Shown here piece after piece: positions 38,941-52,205 of a stretch of DNA of 64,000 bases. Both the position numbers and the translations under genes were made by a program. Source of the DNA: Chiloscyllium plagiosum (Eukaryota); NCBI RefSeq assembly GCF_004010195.1, contig NC_057739.1:26270500-26334499 (forward strand), given 5' to 3'. The notes under the pieces were generated by a model. It saw nothing but the letters and a program-made list of their open reading frames with translations. It was not told where the DNA came from and made no database searches. Every line of letters begins with the position of its first letter. Position 1 is the first letter of the stretch.

Positions 38941-39884
38941 AAGCAAAAGACATCTGCTTGTTTCGAAAAATGCAACTTAGGGTTGAAACGCTGTGCTCCA
39001 GCTCCTATTTCTTAAGTTCTAAAAGAGACTGTTCAAAGTCTAAAATGTTCTTTTGGAGGCAGGCAGTTCTGATATGAAACAGCCAAATATTGCACAGATT
39101 TATAAAAGATGAGTTGTGAACATTGCGGACGGAGGCAGCTTTATCGCCTGCGCCTAATTGCGCGTAAAAAGTGGCGAAGAGCTGCCTCCTTGAACCACTG
39201 CAGGCCATGTGCTTCTTTTCTGTTCTGTGTCCCTTCCAAAAGTAGATATTGTCTGCAGGTTAGCTATGGATGTAAGACTGTATCTATTCACATGTTGAAT
39301 GCCTGAATGAGCTTTATAAGGATGCAGCAATCAAAATATTCATTATGTTTTATTAGAGCATCGAGTGTTAGCCATGTCCCCTGCAGTGTCCCTCTGAGAG
39401 GAGGGAAGGAAAATGCTCGGAACTACAAGGTCTGGTGCTTTCTGCATTGTTAAGCAATGAATCGCAAAATAGCACACAGGCTGGCTTGAAGCAGCGATAG
39501 TATCAGATGGAAAATGTGGTTGAGTTTGTTAAAGTTACTGGGCTGTTATTATTGTCCCAATTCATTATGCGATGCCCTTGACTGCCTGAACATTATTTTA
39601 TATTCCTCCATAAGATCAGTTCTTTAGCGGGGGACCAATCTTCTTTGTTTGAAAAATCAGGGAGGAAATCTCAGGTTTTATGCAAAATTTCCCTGATCAG
39701 TTTACAAAGTAAAGAGTGAAAGGCATTTTTAAAGCTGACAATACCTAGGCATCTTGCATTAACTTGGGGATGTGCCAGGGATTAAGATGTGCAGGGACTG
39801 AGACAATTGTGTTTGATGGTGAAATGACACGTCACTGCTGCACCAGAACTGGGAATGACAGCTCTGCTCAGGATCACATACAAG

Positions 39885-40010
39885 AATACACAACTTAGAA
39901 GCAGGAGCAGGCCATTCGCCCCTTGAGCCTGGTCCTCCATTTGATAAGATCATGACTGATCTGACTGTGGCCTCAACTCTACTTTGCTGTCTACCTGTCT
40001 CCATGAGCCC
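39885..40010 (-). mobile_element. CR1 3' tail remnant
   Basis: gcaggagcaggccattcgccccttgagcctg..gatcatgactgatctga. Confidence 0.7.
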
Positions 40011-41622
40011 TAGCAAATTCTCTCCTGCTACATTCCCAAACTTGCTCCATTACCTGTCCACCACATCTTTATAGCAGCACAAGTTGTCGTATTTTCCAAC
40101 TCACTGAGGTGAAAGTGCTGGCCTCTGCCATGATCCCCTGGGATTCCTGGCTCTGGCACCATCTTTAAGGTCATGCTATGCACCCGGTTAAGTGCTGGCA
40201 GCTTGTCATTGCCCTCCCTGGTTCCTGTTGATCACCCCAGATACTTTGAGTAGCAGGAAATTGGCACCTGCTTTGCCATCTGGGACCTGGAAGTTCTTGT
40301 GAACAGTGGTGAGGGTCCAGAGGAGCTGGGAGTTGCCAGGATATTGTTCTGACTTTCATGTTGGGAATTATTGCCATCTAGTTTCTGTCCAGCACACGGG
40401 AGATCGAGAAACTGGGTATCAAAGAGGTGAAATGATATAACGAGGATATTAATGCATGCTATTACAAGCAAATAGGCCTCACACTGCTCAGTAGTGACAA
40501 TCTCAGAAAACTGCTCGACACTTGGTTGGAACTTCAGATGTTTTGCTCTCGAATCTCCTCATCCACAAACTTGTGATTCTCCAACTTTCTCACCATTGCC
40601 CTGTCATTCAGGGACTGGGAAGATTCAGCCCTCCTGTTTTTTAAAACATATCTATTGGTCTCAATTCTAATGGCATCCCTAGGAAATTTTCCCCTGAAAT
40701 ATTTCTGCAAATGTGCATATTGTGTTTAGACAGCAAAATATAGCAGACATTGAATTGTATATAACCTTTTTCCATAAAACAGGGCTCATTCGTCACTACT
40801 ATGTAGGTAATGAGCAAAGCTAAAGCTTGGTAATAATTTACGAATTTCAAGATGTTGCCTGGAATATGTTTATATGAGGATTGCATACCTATGGAAACAT
40901 TTATATTAAATTTCAGCAAGTGCAATGGTTTAGATAATGATTTAAAATTGGCAATTGTTTGATGAGGAGACAAATTAATTTTAAGTGTGCCTCCTGGACA
41001 GTGTCTTGGGAGAAATGGTTGGATTGTATATCGCAGCTCCTGTATCATTGCACAAAATCCTGTGGGATACATTGGGGATGAAACACAGACCTCCTCTGCA
41101 ATGCTTGGACAGCGAATTTTTTTTTTTAGGAAAATAAATAATCCTTTGTAGTTGTACCAGGAAATTGCACAATTCTGAACATGGATTCAACTATTAAAAA
41201 ATGTTCAGGAAGTGTGTTCTGTGTGCTGTGTATTTGCATTCATTTTGTACAGGACATCCTCAATCATTTCCTGTGTAACATTCAGAAATGAAAATTGCTG
41301 AGTTACATTGTCAATTTTAGATTAATTCATTTTCATCAATTTAATCAAGAATATACTCATATTTTTCATGATTTATACATTGATTAAGGCTTCTTAAGAA
41401 TGCCTTCTTACATTCCTCCAAGTCCTCTTCCAAATTATCCAAAAGTTGTTTAAGTATTGTAGAGCTGAAAGAGTAATTTTGAACTGGTCTGGTTTTGACC
41501 ACCTGTTCCTTTTTGTAAGTAGATTGGTAGGACAATATTTTTACAAATGGTAAATGATATAAAATATTTGCATATTTTGAATTTTGCTAAACGAGATTTT
41601 GTGCTTGGAGGATTCAACCTTG

Positions 41623-41757
41623 TTTCAGCGCTGGATCAGTGATTTCAGTATTGAATCAGTGATTTCAGTGCTGGATCAGTGATTTCAGTGCTGGATCAGT
41701 GATTTCAGAGCTGGATCAGTGATTTCAGAGCTGGATCAGTGATTTCAGTGCTGGATC
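41623..41757. repeat. 20-bp minisatellite (~6.7 copies)
   Basis: Unit tttcag(t/a)gctggatcagtga repeated head-to-tail without spacers. Confidence 0.95.
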
Positions 41758-41872
41758 CGAACTTAAGAATTGCAAGCTGAGAATTGTTTGCATGATCAGG
41801 AGAATTCAGATTTATTTCGATGTGGTTGGTATCTTTTTATGTTCTTGTTTAGTCAATGGGAAAGATAAAGGA

Positions 41873-42225
41873 AGAACAAATTTGTGTGTTTCCATACCGT
41901 CAGACTCTCAGGATATCCCAAAGTCTTTCACAGCCAATGAATTGTGGTCACGACAAATATAGATGGCAGTTAATTGCCATGACATACAACGCCACCAAGT
42001 GCAACAAGGTAGGGGAAATGTGAAGCTGTCTTCAGAGTACTGGTTGAAGAGCAAATGTTGCTCAGTAAATCAAGACTCGTCCCCTACCCAAGCCTATGAA
42101 CAATGACAAATATCTTTTTTATATATCCATTTGGCAAGATCAATGGAGGTTTCAGATCAATTGCCCATTCAAATATTTGAATTCCTGATAAGGCACCATT
42201 TCCCCAATGTTGCATTGAAACTCCA
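41873..42225 (-). mobile_element. old SacSINE1/DeuSINE-like copy
   Basis: ctcaggatatcccaaagtctttcacagccaatga is the reverse complement of the SINE tail seen at ~46200-46235. Confidence 0.6.
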
Positions 42226-42239
42226 GATCCAATTACATT

Positions 42240-42775
42240 TATTCATTCATGAGCTCTGGATGAGCTAGCTCTGGCTAGCCAAACACTTATTGTTGTCCTT
42301 GAGAAGGTGCTGGTGAGCTGTGCCCATGTACTGTAGGTAGACTCACAAAGCCCTCAGGAAGGGAGATCCAAGACTTTGACCCAGTGACACTGAAGGAATG
42401 TTAATATACACCCAAATCAGGATCGTAAATGTATTAGAAGGGAGCTTACAGTTGGTCTTATTCCCATGTATCTGCTGCCCTTGTCTTTCTGGATGGTATT
42501 AGTTATGGGTTCGGAAGGTGCTGTACAAGGAGCATTGGTGAATTACTACAGGGCATCTCTTAGGTGGTACACACTGCTGCAACTGAGAGTCAGTGATGGA
42601 GGGAGTGAATGTTTGATGATGTGGTGCTAATCAAGAGGACTGCTTTGTCCTGTGATGAGCTGCTTTAATGTTGCTGGAACAAAGTTCATCCAACATACTC
42701 CTGACTTATGCCTGGAAGATGGTAGACAGGCCTTGTGGAGTCATTTGTTAAGTTACTCGCTGCAAGATTCCTATG
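42240..42775 (-). mobile_element. CR1/L2-class LINE 3' region (second family)
   Basis: ttattcattcat..ccttgagaaggtgctggtgagctg..gactttgacccagtgacactgaagg, matching 2768-3040. Confidence 0.7.
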
Positions 42776-43697
42776 GCTGGTACTCAAATGGCTGAAGGGG
42801 AACCTAGATCCACAACCTCTGACTCAAGCGAAGGATGCCAAAGGCAGATAATCAGAGTAGCCTATTGTCTTAATTGGAAAAGATTTTTAAAAATTTCAAG
42901 TACAAAGATGTCTGAGAGAGAGGTCTTCCACAGTGCTGCCTACCTCATACCTATATATCCTGCCAGTCACTACGCAGATCATGTTTAACAAAGTTGAAGC
43001 AAAAAAGTCCTCCTATTTTTTTTTGGAGGATGCACATTTAGAGAAACAGAAAAGGGAGAAAATTAACAACAACATATAATCTTGAGAAAATTATGTTTTG
43101 GGTTCCTGAATAATATGTTTGGTTTTACATTCAATTTTGCTGTTTCTTAAAGGGAGTTTAACCACAAACTCTATTTTTTTCTGCAGTGATTGTAATGAGC
43201 CAGCTGAATTTCATAGAGTATGAGTTCCCTGATTGTGGAAGTTAATCCAGTCCAATCAGGGAGCCGTGACTGACATAAAAGAGAGCAGCAGAGATGCTGA
43301 CACTGTAATACCTGACTCTGTATGAAGCAGTACTATCATGAAGGACCGTAGACGTGTAAATAAAGGATGACATGATACTGGTCTCTGGAATTATTTCACT
43401 CTCAGTATCAAATTTTAATATAAGATAAAATGAGGGTATGGGGCTCAGTGTTTTTGGATATAGTCTCTCAATCTGGCACCTTATCTTTTTAAAATCATTG
43501 TAGGCCACACCCCTTAATTGGGTCATTTTGCTGCCTACATTTAGACAACTGGCTCTGTGCTTTCACAGAAAAAAGGAAGGATTGATCAACACAGAAGAGA
43601 AATTCCACCTGTTGATGATTTTAATACAAAGTTAAAATCAGCAATATTTTAAAAAAAGGTCAGCAATACATAAGACTATTTATGGTGCAGTAGTAGG

Positions 43698-43840
43698 CTC
43701 ACTGCCTTTATTCCTGATGAAGGGCTTTTTCCCGAAACGTCTATTTCGCTGCTCCTTGGATGCTGCCTGAACTGCTGTGCTCGTCCAGCACCACTAATCC
43801 AGAATCTGGTTTCCAGCATCTGCAGTCATTGTTTTTACCT
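43698..43840 (+). mobile_element. short Penelope-derived insertion inside a short tRNA-like SINE
   Basis: Same sequence as 38830-38935 plus the terminus ccagcatctgcagtcattgtttttacct; hammerhead-like core CTGATGA..GAAACGTC at 43714-43741. Confidence 0.85.
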
Positions 43841-44777
43841 CCCTATCTCTCAGCCAAGAGGCCTGGGCTCAAAAAATAACTGCTGCTGAGGTATGTCATG
43901 TCTGAACAGGTTGGTATAAAAATATAATGTCAGTAATACATGGATCGTCCCCTATTGTGTCTGTGATAACTTTCTTAGCAACATTACTAGAAGGAAGAAG
44001 CACACACCCAGAAATTCCTTCCATTCCAGCCAGTGAGAGGTGACCCATATTGTCTATTCAGAACCCAGATTCAGTTTCAGGCAGAATTTCATGTATTTAT
44101 GCAATCGCGTCATCCAGCTGTACAAAAGAACATTAGTACTTGACAAATCAAATAAACTAATAAATTCACCCTGTGTTTAAACCCTACACTGCCACTTCCT
44201 TTTCAGTCATTATAGTTAATTACCACTTCATTGGGAGAATTAAAATCAGCCCAGCAATTTTTTTTCATTGAACATGCTCAGCATCAGTTCTGATCTCGCA
44301 CTGTGTTTGAGGCACCTCTGTACATCTGCGCAAGCATGTCCATAATTTCTAATTACATTGTTGTTAAATATAATGAGCAGCTAACCTCAGACATCTGCTG
44401 TTGCAGTATGATTGAACAAACTGATTAACGTACTTTAGTGGCTGTACATAAAACAAATGAGAGCTTAATGGAAAAGAAAAATAGAAACTGTTCACAGTTC
44501 TTAAATGGCAAAAATATTGTGTTTTTCTATGATTGTTGCATGTTAGTGAATAGTAATCCTCATTCCAATCTCTGGTTAGTATTCCACAGTGTAAGAAGGT
44601 GCTCAAAACCACATAACAAATTAGATTGAACATGATCCTTTTGTAACACTTCAAGTATTCAATTGATTGTAAATTCTAAACTTAAATGGATGCATTCATT
44701 GAGCCTGCATTTCTCCACAATGAATATCATGCAAACAAAGGCAATTTATCTTCTATCAACACATTTTCATTTATAGA

Positions 44778-45180
44778 AGCATAGAGTAATACAGCATGGA
44801 AACAGACCTTTTGGGCAAACTCGTCCTTGCTGATTAATGTAGTCCCATTTGCTAGTATTTGGCTTATATATCCCTCTTCAACCCTTCCTAGTCATGTACC
44901 CATTCAGATGCCTTTTAAATGTTGTAACTGCACTCAACCAGTTCCTCTGGCAGTTCATTCCATACACACACCATCTTCTGCATGAAAAAATTATCCCTTA
45001 GGTCCCTTTTAAAACTTTCCGCTCTCACCCTAAACCTATGCCCTCTAGTTTTGGACTCCCCTACCATGGGGAAAAAAGGACCTTGTCAATTTACTCTTTC
45101 CTTGCTCCGCATGATTTTATAAACCTCCACAAGGTCACTCCTCAACCTCGGACACTCTAGGGAAAATAGCCCCAGCGTAT
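44778..45180 (-). mobile_element. CR1/HER1 LINE 3' fragment
   Basis: Closely similar to 1170-1655 and 24524-25022. Confidence 0.9.
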
Positions 45181-45282
45181 TTCTATCTAGCCTGTTTAAT
45201 GGAAGTTACAGTATTTGAACATTGACAACACTGGCTAAAGGGTGAAAGTTAGCCTCGTGTATTTAAAGGAACATTTGACATC

Positions 45283-45570
45283 TAGATTAGATTCCCTACA
45301 GTGGAAACAGGCTCTTCGGCCCAATAAGTCCACATCAACCCTCAGAAGAGTAACCCACCCAGACCCCTTTCCCTCTGACTGATGCACCTTGCACTATGGG
45401 CAAGTTAGCATGGCCAATTCACCTGACCTGCACATCTTTTGGACTGTGGGAGGAAACCCACGCAGACACGGGGAGAATGTGCAAACTCCACACAGACAAT
45501 TGCCCGAGGCTGGAATCGAACCTGGGACCCTGGTGCTGTGAGGCAGCAGTGCTAACCACTGAGCCACCGA
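45283..45570 (-). mobile_element. HE1-type SINE, full length
   Basis: tagattagatt tail, V-domain, tRNA head. Confidence 0.93.
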
Positions 45571-45817
45571 GCATCTGTTTGAATGCAGCTCTTCTACTTT
45601 TATTAGATTGAAAGTAAAATAGCAAAGTAACAGGAACTGGTGGGCTGACCATAATTTGGAGGATGCCAATAAACTGACTACAAGGAAACAACTTGCTGAT
45701 TCTTCCACTGCTGCTTCTTTACATATTTTACATTCTCTTTGTCCCTGCGATTTCCCACATCCTTGCTCAATCCTTCATCTGACTGATGGCATGATGGGGG
45801 CAGGAGACTTTTCCAGG

Positions 45818-46270
45818 AATGGCATGCTCAGTTGAATCCCTTTGGCCATGGAGTCAGAAGGTTATGAGTCCAAGCCCTGCTCAGCAAGACTTGAGCATAT
45901 ACCTTGAGCGGATACCGACTCATATGGTACTGAGGGAGTTCTGCAAACGTGAATGGGTTCTCATTTCGGAAAGATGTTGAGGTCCAGTCCTATCTGCTCT
46001 CTAGTAGGTGTAAAAGATTACGAAGCTACTATTCAGAGAAGAGCAGGGATTTCTCCCAGTGTCCTTGCTAATAATTGTCACTCAACTAATATTTAAAACT
46101 GACGTTTGTAGTTGTTTATTTCATTGCTATCCATGGGAACCTGCGCACAAAATTGCCACTATAAGTTCCTACAACAGTGACCACATTTTAAAAGAAATTA
46201 ATTGCTTGTAAGATACTTTGGGATATCCCGGGGTCATTGAATGCAGTACATTAACAAAAGTTTTCTTTTT
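45818..46270 (+). mobile_element. SacSINE1/DeuSINE-like SINE, full length, old
   Basis: tRNA-like head (gctcagttg..gagtcagaaggtt), Deu-domain motifs ggtactgagggag..gtaaaagat..gaagagcaggg..ctcccagtgtcc, tail ctttgggatatcc. Confidence 0.72.
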
Positions 46271-48732
46271 TGAATTCAACACAGAAGAGATAATTTGAAG
46301 ATTTTAGTACCAGTTTATGTTTGTTTCCTTCTTGACAATTTCCCAAGAGAGAAATTGACAAACTGGGCATTCAGTCAAAAATTGAGGGGAAAGACAGCTG
46401 AGGTCAATTGATTACCAAGATTAGATTTCATTTTATGATCTCTGGCTAAAAGTCCAACGCTCTTTATTTTAATCACTGTTTTGATTATGATTGATCAAGT
46501 TGTTAAAACCAGTGAATGCTGCATGATTTCTTTAATGATTACAAAAACATAAAGAGAATCTGCAATTAGACTTGAGGACAGCTAACAACACTGGAGGGGT
46601 GTTGCCAATTATTGACCACCTTCTAACTGTGACCAGTCCAATTGTCTCATTCCTCACCTATCTGTGTGATCTAGTTAAAGGACTTATTCTATAAAACTAA
46701 CAAGCAGAACACTGTTCTTTTTCTCATTAATTCATTAATGGTATCTTTATCACACAGGTATCCGTAGACATTGAAAGCCACCTAAATAGGACTAAGCCAA
46801 TAGGCAATGTGCAGTTTAATGATTTATTGAGGAGGAATTGATGCTAATTGTATTACACAGGCAGAGAAAGATATTGTTTAAGTCGACTGCGATGTAAGGA
46901 GCCATGTCCATGGCATTTATCCTGATTGGACATAATGCATTTATGGTCATATTTGCCTTCATTGCTTTATGACTCATTAATAGCCAGTGGTGCACTCCGT
47001 TTCTAAAATGTACAGAATACAAAAGAAAAATACATAGCCATGCAACAACATAATGAAACCTAACATCATTAATGTTAAATAGAAACAGGATATTTAAATC
47101 ACATGGTTGTATATTTCAAGTTCAGGTTTTTATATTCATCAAGGAAAATGTCAAATATAATTTGTTAATGAGACCTCAAAAAGGTTGTTTGCCAATGGTT
47201 TTATCGTAATGTTAAAATGATTTATTTCTGCTTGAATGAAGTATTGGTGTAGTTATGTTTTAAGTTCTAACATTGTACATTTCGAAAAAAAATTATCAAA
47301 ATACACTCTGAATTAACTTACAGAGCTTGGGGATTATAGGTTCTGTCAATAATTGACATCAGCAAACTTTCTTTAGCATTTTGAAACTTAGGGCTTTAAA
47401 TATATTTATTAAAAATTGCATTAATGTGATGCCTGCCTTTGTAAAATTAGTATTATTGGTTTGTTTCCCCACAGGATTCTAATCAGAAAAATAAAATTTT
47501 ACAGTTGGTGCAGAATAGATTCACAAAATGGCAGGATACTTCCTTGCCAAATCATTCTATTATCAGGGAATAATAAGAAGAAAGGTAATAATTTATTGTT
47601 ACATGTGTTTATGAAAATAAAGTAAAATGTAAATAAGTCAGCAAAAGCTGGTGCCATTTTAATTATATAAAGAAATAAATCTTCCAAAGTTTGAATTTTT
47701 TTTGTTTCATACAAGGCTTCTTATTTTCCGAAGTGACTGCGGGATGTCACCAAACTAGTTGGTGAGCCCGCAACACCAAGGAGGAAGCATGCAGAGGCAG
47801 CTCCCGCTGCTACTGACCGGACCCAGAACACCACCTCATGGCTGCCAGCCACCCATTCAGCCACCGCCATAGCCAAGAGGCTGTCCCAACTTTCGAGGAC
47901 CAGGGCCCCATCTGCATTTCTGAGGGCTGATGGACCATTTAAATTAACTCCCAAAGACGGGGGAATCATTCACTCAAAGGATCATTCACTCTGCACATGC
48001 CACCAAAACATCAGAGGGAAAGAACTGACGCCAATCTGTTGACGCTGGCACAGCTGCTGAAGCTGTGACCTCCATGGCCACAAGGACTGGATCCACTGCT
48101 CAGCAGTTGCCCACCACCTCTGCCACAGAAAGAAGCAAAAATGAATTTGAAAAAAAAAAGAAAATGAAAAGTTAAATGAAGGAAAGTAAGTTTTAAAGAA
48201 AAAGCATGTGCCTTGAATAGGAGTATAGCAGTAAGATTAAGAACTGCTAGCCTTTCTTTTGATTTTAAAGAAAATTTTTTTATTCAGCCTGAAAATAACT
48301 TGATAAAATCCCTTCAACCAAGGTACCAAGGCACACTTTACCAAGACAGTTTCTATTGCTTTGTCTCATAAACTAGTTACGGCAAAGCACCTTCAAATCT
48401 GCTAAAAATGATTTAAAGGCCTTTCGATTTTATTATTTGTATTCCTGACAACATAAATTATACAGATCTGTTGTACACTTCTTTCTAAAAGCAATGACTA
48501 ATATAAGAAAAATGTTTGCAAAATAACCATTCTTGAGTATGTGATAGTACTTGTATCTTGAAAGTACACAGTCTGCAGTGGTGTATAGCCAAAATATGCC
48601 ATCTTGCTCCCATGCTAACATGACTATCCTAGGCCTGCTATGTGTTCCAATGCAGCTCAACACAAGCTAAAGAAACAACACCTCATTTGTGCTAAGGCAC
48701 CTTACAGCTTCTAGGCACAGTATTGAGTTTGG

Positions 48733-48860
48733 AGGAAGTAAAGACTGTAGATGCTGGAGATCAGAGTCAAGAGTGTGGTGCTGGAAAAGCACAGCAGGTC
48801 AGGCAGCATCTGAGGAGCAGGAGAATCAACGTTTCGGGCATAAGCCCTTCATCAAGAATC
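48733..48860 (-). mobile_element. short Penelope-derived insertion
   Basis: Reverse complement of the 18021-18156 type; flanking ttgagttt duplication (48723-48730 / 48862-48869). Confidence 0.85.
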
Positions 48861-51259
48861 CTTGAGTTTTGGGATAATGGTTACAGCAGTGTTAGATAGG
48901 GAGTCCAGAAAATAGATATGTGTATCCTGTTTTCCATTGTGACATGTCATCCTTTAAAATCCTGACAACAATAATGTCTTTGAATAATTTGTCAATATGT
49001 CTTAAGAGAAACATTAATGCTGTGTCAATTAACTCCTTTGGAAGGGAAGTGGATTGATAAGAGAAGGATTGAAAGCTATAAGGAATAAGTCAAGTCATCA
49101 AATGCTCTGGAGCCTGATGATTCCTGTGTTGGGGTGGAAATGGGGATGTTTCCACAGCGTAATAATTCTCTTTGAAGGGTTAGAGAACTGAATGCAAGAA
49201 ATTGATCTTGGAAAATTAATACGAGGTTGGAACCAACAGGGTGGGAGCCACATATCCCATAGAAAGACCAGGCTTTATGGGCCAAATGGGTTTATCTTGT
49301 TTCATTCTTTCTTCTACCTCATACTCAGTATGTTTCTGACATCTCATGATGGAAAATCAACTTGAAATATAATTTTATGGACTGCATACATTGTATGGAT
49401 ACCATAGATTCTTCTTAGGTTTCCACTGGATACAATTTTATAGCAATGAGTAACATCGGCGTGGATCACAATTTGAACAGAATACTGACTAGTTTCTCAA
49501 AAATACAAACCACATTTTTTATAGCTTATTGCATTTTATTTAATTCGTCAAATAAATTAAAATTACTGTCGGGAAACCTGTTTACTTGGACACTGTTCAC
49601 GTGAAGATGAGCCATTGAAAGCAGATGACAATTGCTGTCTCTCAGTATTCCCCCATTTGATATTGTTGAGAGCTACAAGTTGCACGTAGAAAAATAACCT
49701 GCTGTCTGGAGCAACATGTCACTTTCCTGCCCTTTTGAACTCTCATTGTGTTTCTTCAGTCAGAGAACATGGGGAAGTTGAATGCTTTAACACAACCTCA
49801 CAAAAGGGACCGTCTGCCTTCCAGTCAGCTATAAGGGGGAAAAAGATCCCCTGTGGTCTTGCACAGGCAATCCATAGTAACATAATATCATTTTAACTTA
49901 CTGAAGATGTCAACACACAAAATATCAATAGCAGAAAGAAAAGATGGCATCTTTGTTTTGATGATTCTGTTGGAAATTTGAGTTTGGATCAAAAACACAT
50001 TGCACACGTCTGCATTGGAATCGATACACTGCATGTACGATATACCACAGTTAGGGCATTGTCTTGTTACAATAAATGCTACTGACTTCTCCCAGAGTTA
50101 AAATGAGCCTATTTTCATTTTTGTATCTAACTTTTTAAAAATATGCAAGTTTGCTCGATTGGTTTGTTACTTTCTAAATGAGCATATTATATTCCAAAAA
50201 GGTCCTCAGCTGAACATAATCTTCAAGTGAATCCTAAAATCTAGAATCACATAATTTCTACAACATTGGAAAACAGCTTTTAAATCCAAATGAAGTCTCG
50301 TCTAGTCTGATGCACTGTTAATATATAGTGGTAAATCTATTCTCTGATTCTAAATATTCTTTCATATGGTATTGCATTCTCTTATTTATTTCTCTCTCTG
50401 TTAAAAACCCTGCAGGCAAATTTCAGGGAACAACTGGAATGGAAATGTTTATTCATATTGCAAGGAATAAGGGCAGATCAAAGCTTGTTCCCAATATATT
50501 TCAATTTAGTGTCCTTAGTCAAAATCATTCAGTCTATAGTCTCACTTATGGAACTGCAGATTCACTTTTTAGGTGATATTAAATGTTAGGCAGAATTAAA
50601 TTGCAACAGAGTGGTGCACAAAGATGAAAATATCAGCTAAGCCAATTATTAGATTGTGACACTGATTAAATTGAAATAATTTGCCACATGGTATATTATT
50701 TTATTCTACTTATGCTACATATCACAATGAAGTCAGTTAAAATACTATCAGCAAGAAATGACCCCTGGGGCCTTTGGAATAACAGCAGCTTCTCCAATTC
50801 TTACACGTCATTCACAGGCCTGGTCTCATCCAATGGCTTAAGATTTTAAGTACATTCTGTGGTATTGTACTGAACCAGTAAAATTCCCAGATCCGGTGTA
50901 ATTGACCTCAGCTAGGACATAAAGTCGTAAAGTCACAATAATCTGAAGGACCCTGGGCCAAGGAAAGGTAAATGAAAAATCATTCAGGTTTCCCATTCCT
51001 AATTCATATCAGTAAAATCAGGGTGCAAAGGTGTTTAATGAGTCTAGATATTGATTTTTGCATTCAATCCCTTTGTGCCTTTGACCTTGAATAGTGCTGG
51101 GAGATCACCAATACTTGTAAATTATACTTCAGCCTGGACTGTGGAACGAAAAGCATCATTTTCACAAAACAAAAATAAATTGTTTGGCCTCAGGAATGAG
51201 CTGTGGCCTCCACAGCACTCCCATATTTATTTACTTCACTTTTCTTCCCATTGCTGTTT

Positions 51260-51569
51260 TAGATTAGATTAGATTACTTACAGTGTGGAAACTTAGTGTG
51301 GAAACAGGCCCTTCGTCCCAACAAGTCCACACCGCCCTGCCGAAGCACAACCCACCCATACATTTACCTCTTACCTAACACTACGGGCAATTTAGCATGG
51401 CCAATTCACCTGACCTGCACATCTTTGGACTGTAGGAGGAAACCGGAGCACCCGGAGGAAACCCACGCAAACACGGGGAGAATGTGTAAACTCCACACAG
51501 TCAGTCGCCTGAGGCGGGAACTGAACCCGGGTCTCTGGCAGTGCTAACCACTGTGCCACCGTGCCGCCC
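51260..51569 (-). mobile_element. HE1-type SINE, full length
   Basis: (tagat)n tail, V-domain, tRNA head ccaccgtgccgccc. Confidence 0.93.
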
Positions 51570-52054
51570 ACTATACTGATTACTGATAGGGATTGGCTCC
51601 TTGGTCTGGTAAAATTCCATGGCCATTTGATTCCTTCCAAAATCTCACCCAGCTTCCATTCTGTATGGGAAGTCACATGTCACGAGAAGACTATTCAATA
51701 ATGAAAGCCACAGCAGCTAAGTCAAAGCCTGACCTTATCCAGTAACTTTATGCACTTTAATTAAGTGGCTTTAGCTCACGATCATGAGTGTGACTGCGAA
51801 TGCACTGGCCACTACCTAACTCAGAGTACTGAAGCCATCACCCTGGCTGAGAGCAACCAACTCAGCACAGAGCAAGGATCACAACTAATGTGTGCCTCAA
51901 CAATTCATTAAATATTAGTGAGCCTTCAGGAGCACAGACCTGAACTATAGTACAGCCTTCTTGACACCAGTAGACAATGAAATGGGCATCTTGCAGTTCA
52001 TGAATGCTTAAGTGAATCCAGGACCCCACCAATATCTACCCTATTATCACTTAT

Positions 52055-52205
52055 CATAGAATCATAACATTCTACATTACAGAAGGAGGCCATTCAACCT
52101 ATTATGTGTGTACTGCTTCCTAAAACAGCTACCCAGCTAGCCCCATTCTCCAGCTCTATCTCCCTGGCCGTCTAAATGCATCGCTTTCTAATGTATATCC
52201 AGCTT
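52055..52205 (-). mobile_element. CR1 3' tail remnant
   Basis: catagaatcata..acagaaggaggccattcaacc.. Confidence 0.6.

Noticed and set aside
41623-41757. Regular 20-bp repeat array as a CRISPR array
   Set aside because: Units are contiguous with no unique spacers, there are no cas genes, and the context is vertebrate; it is a minisatellite
43186-43340. Strong-looking + strand acceptor (ttttttctgcag) as a coding exon
   Set aside because: All three frames hit a stop within about 20 codons and no good donor is seen
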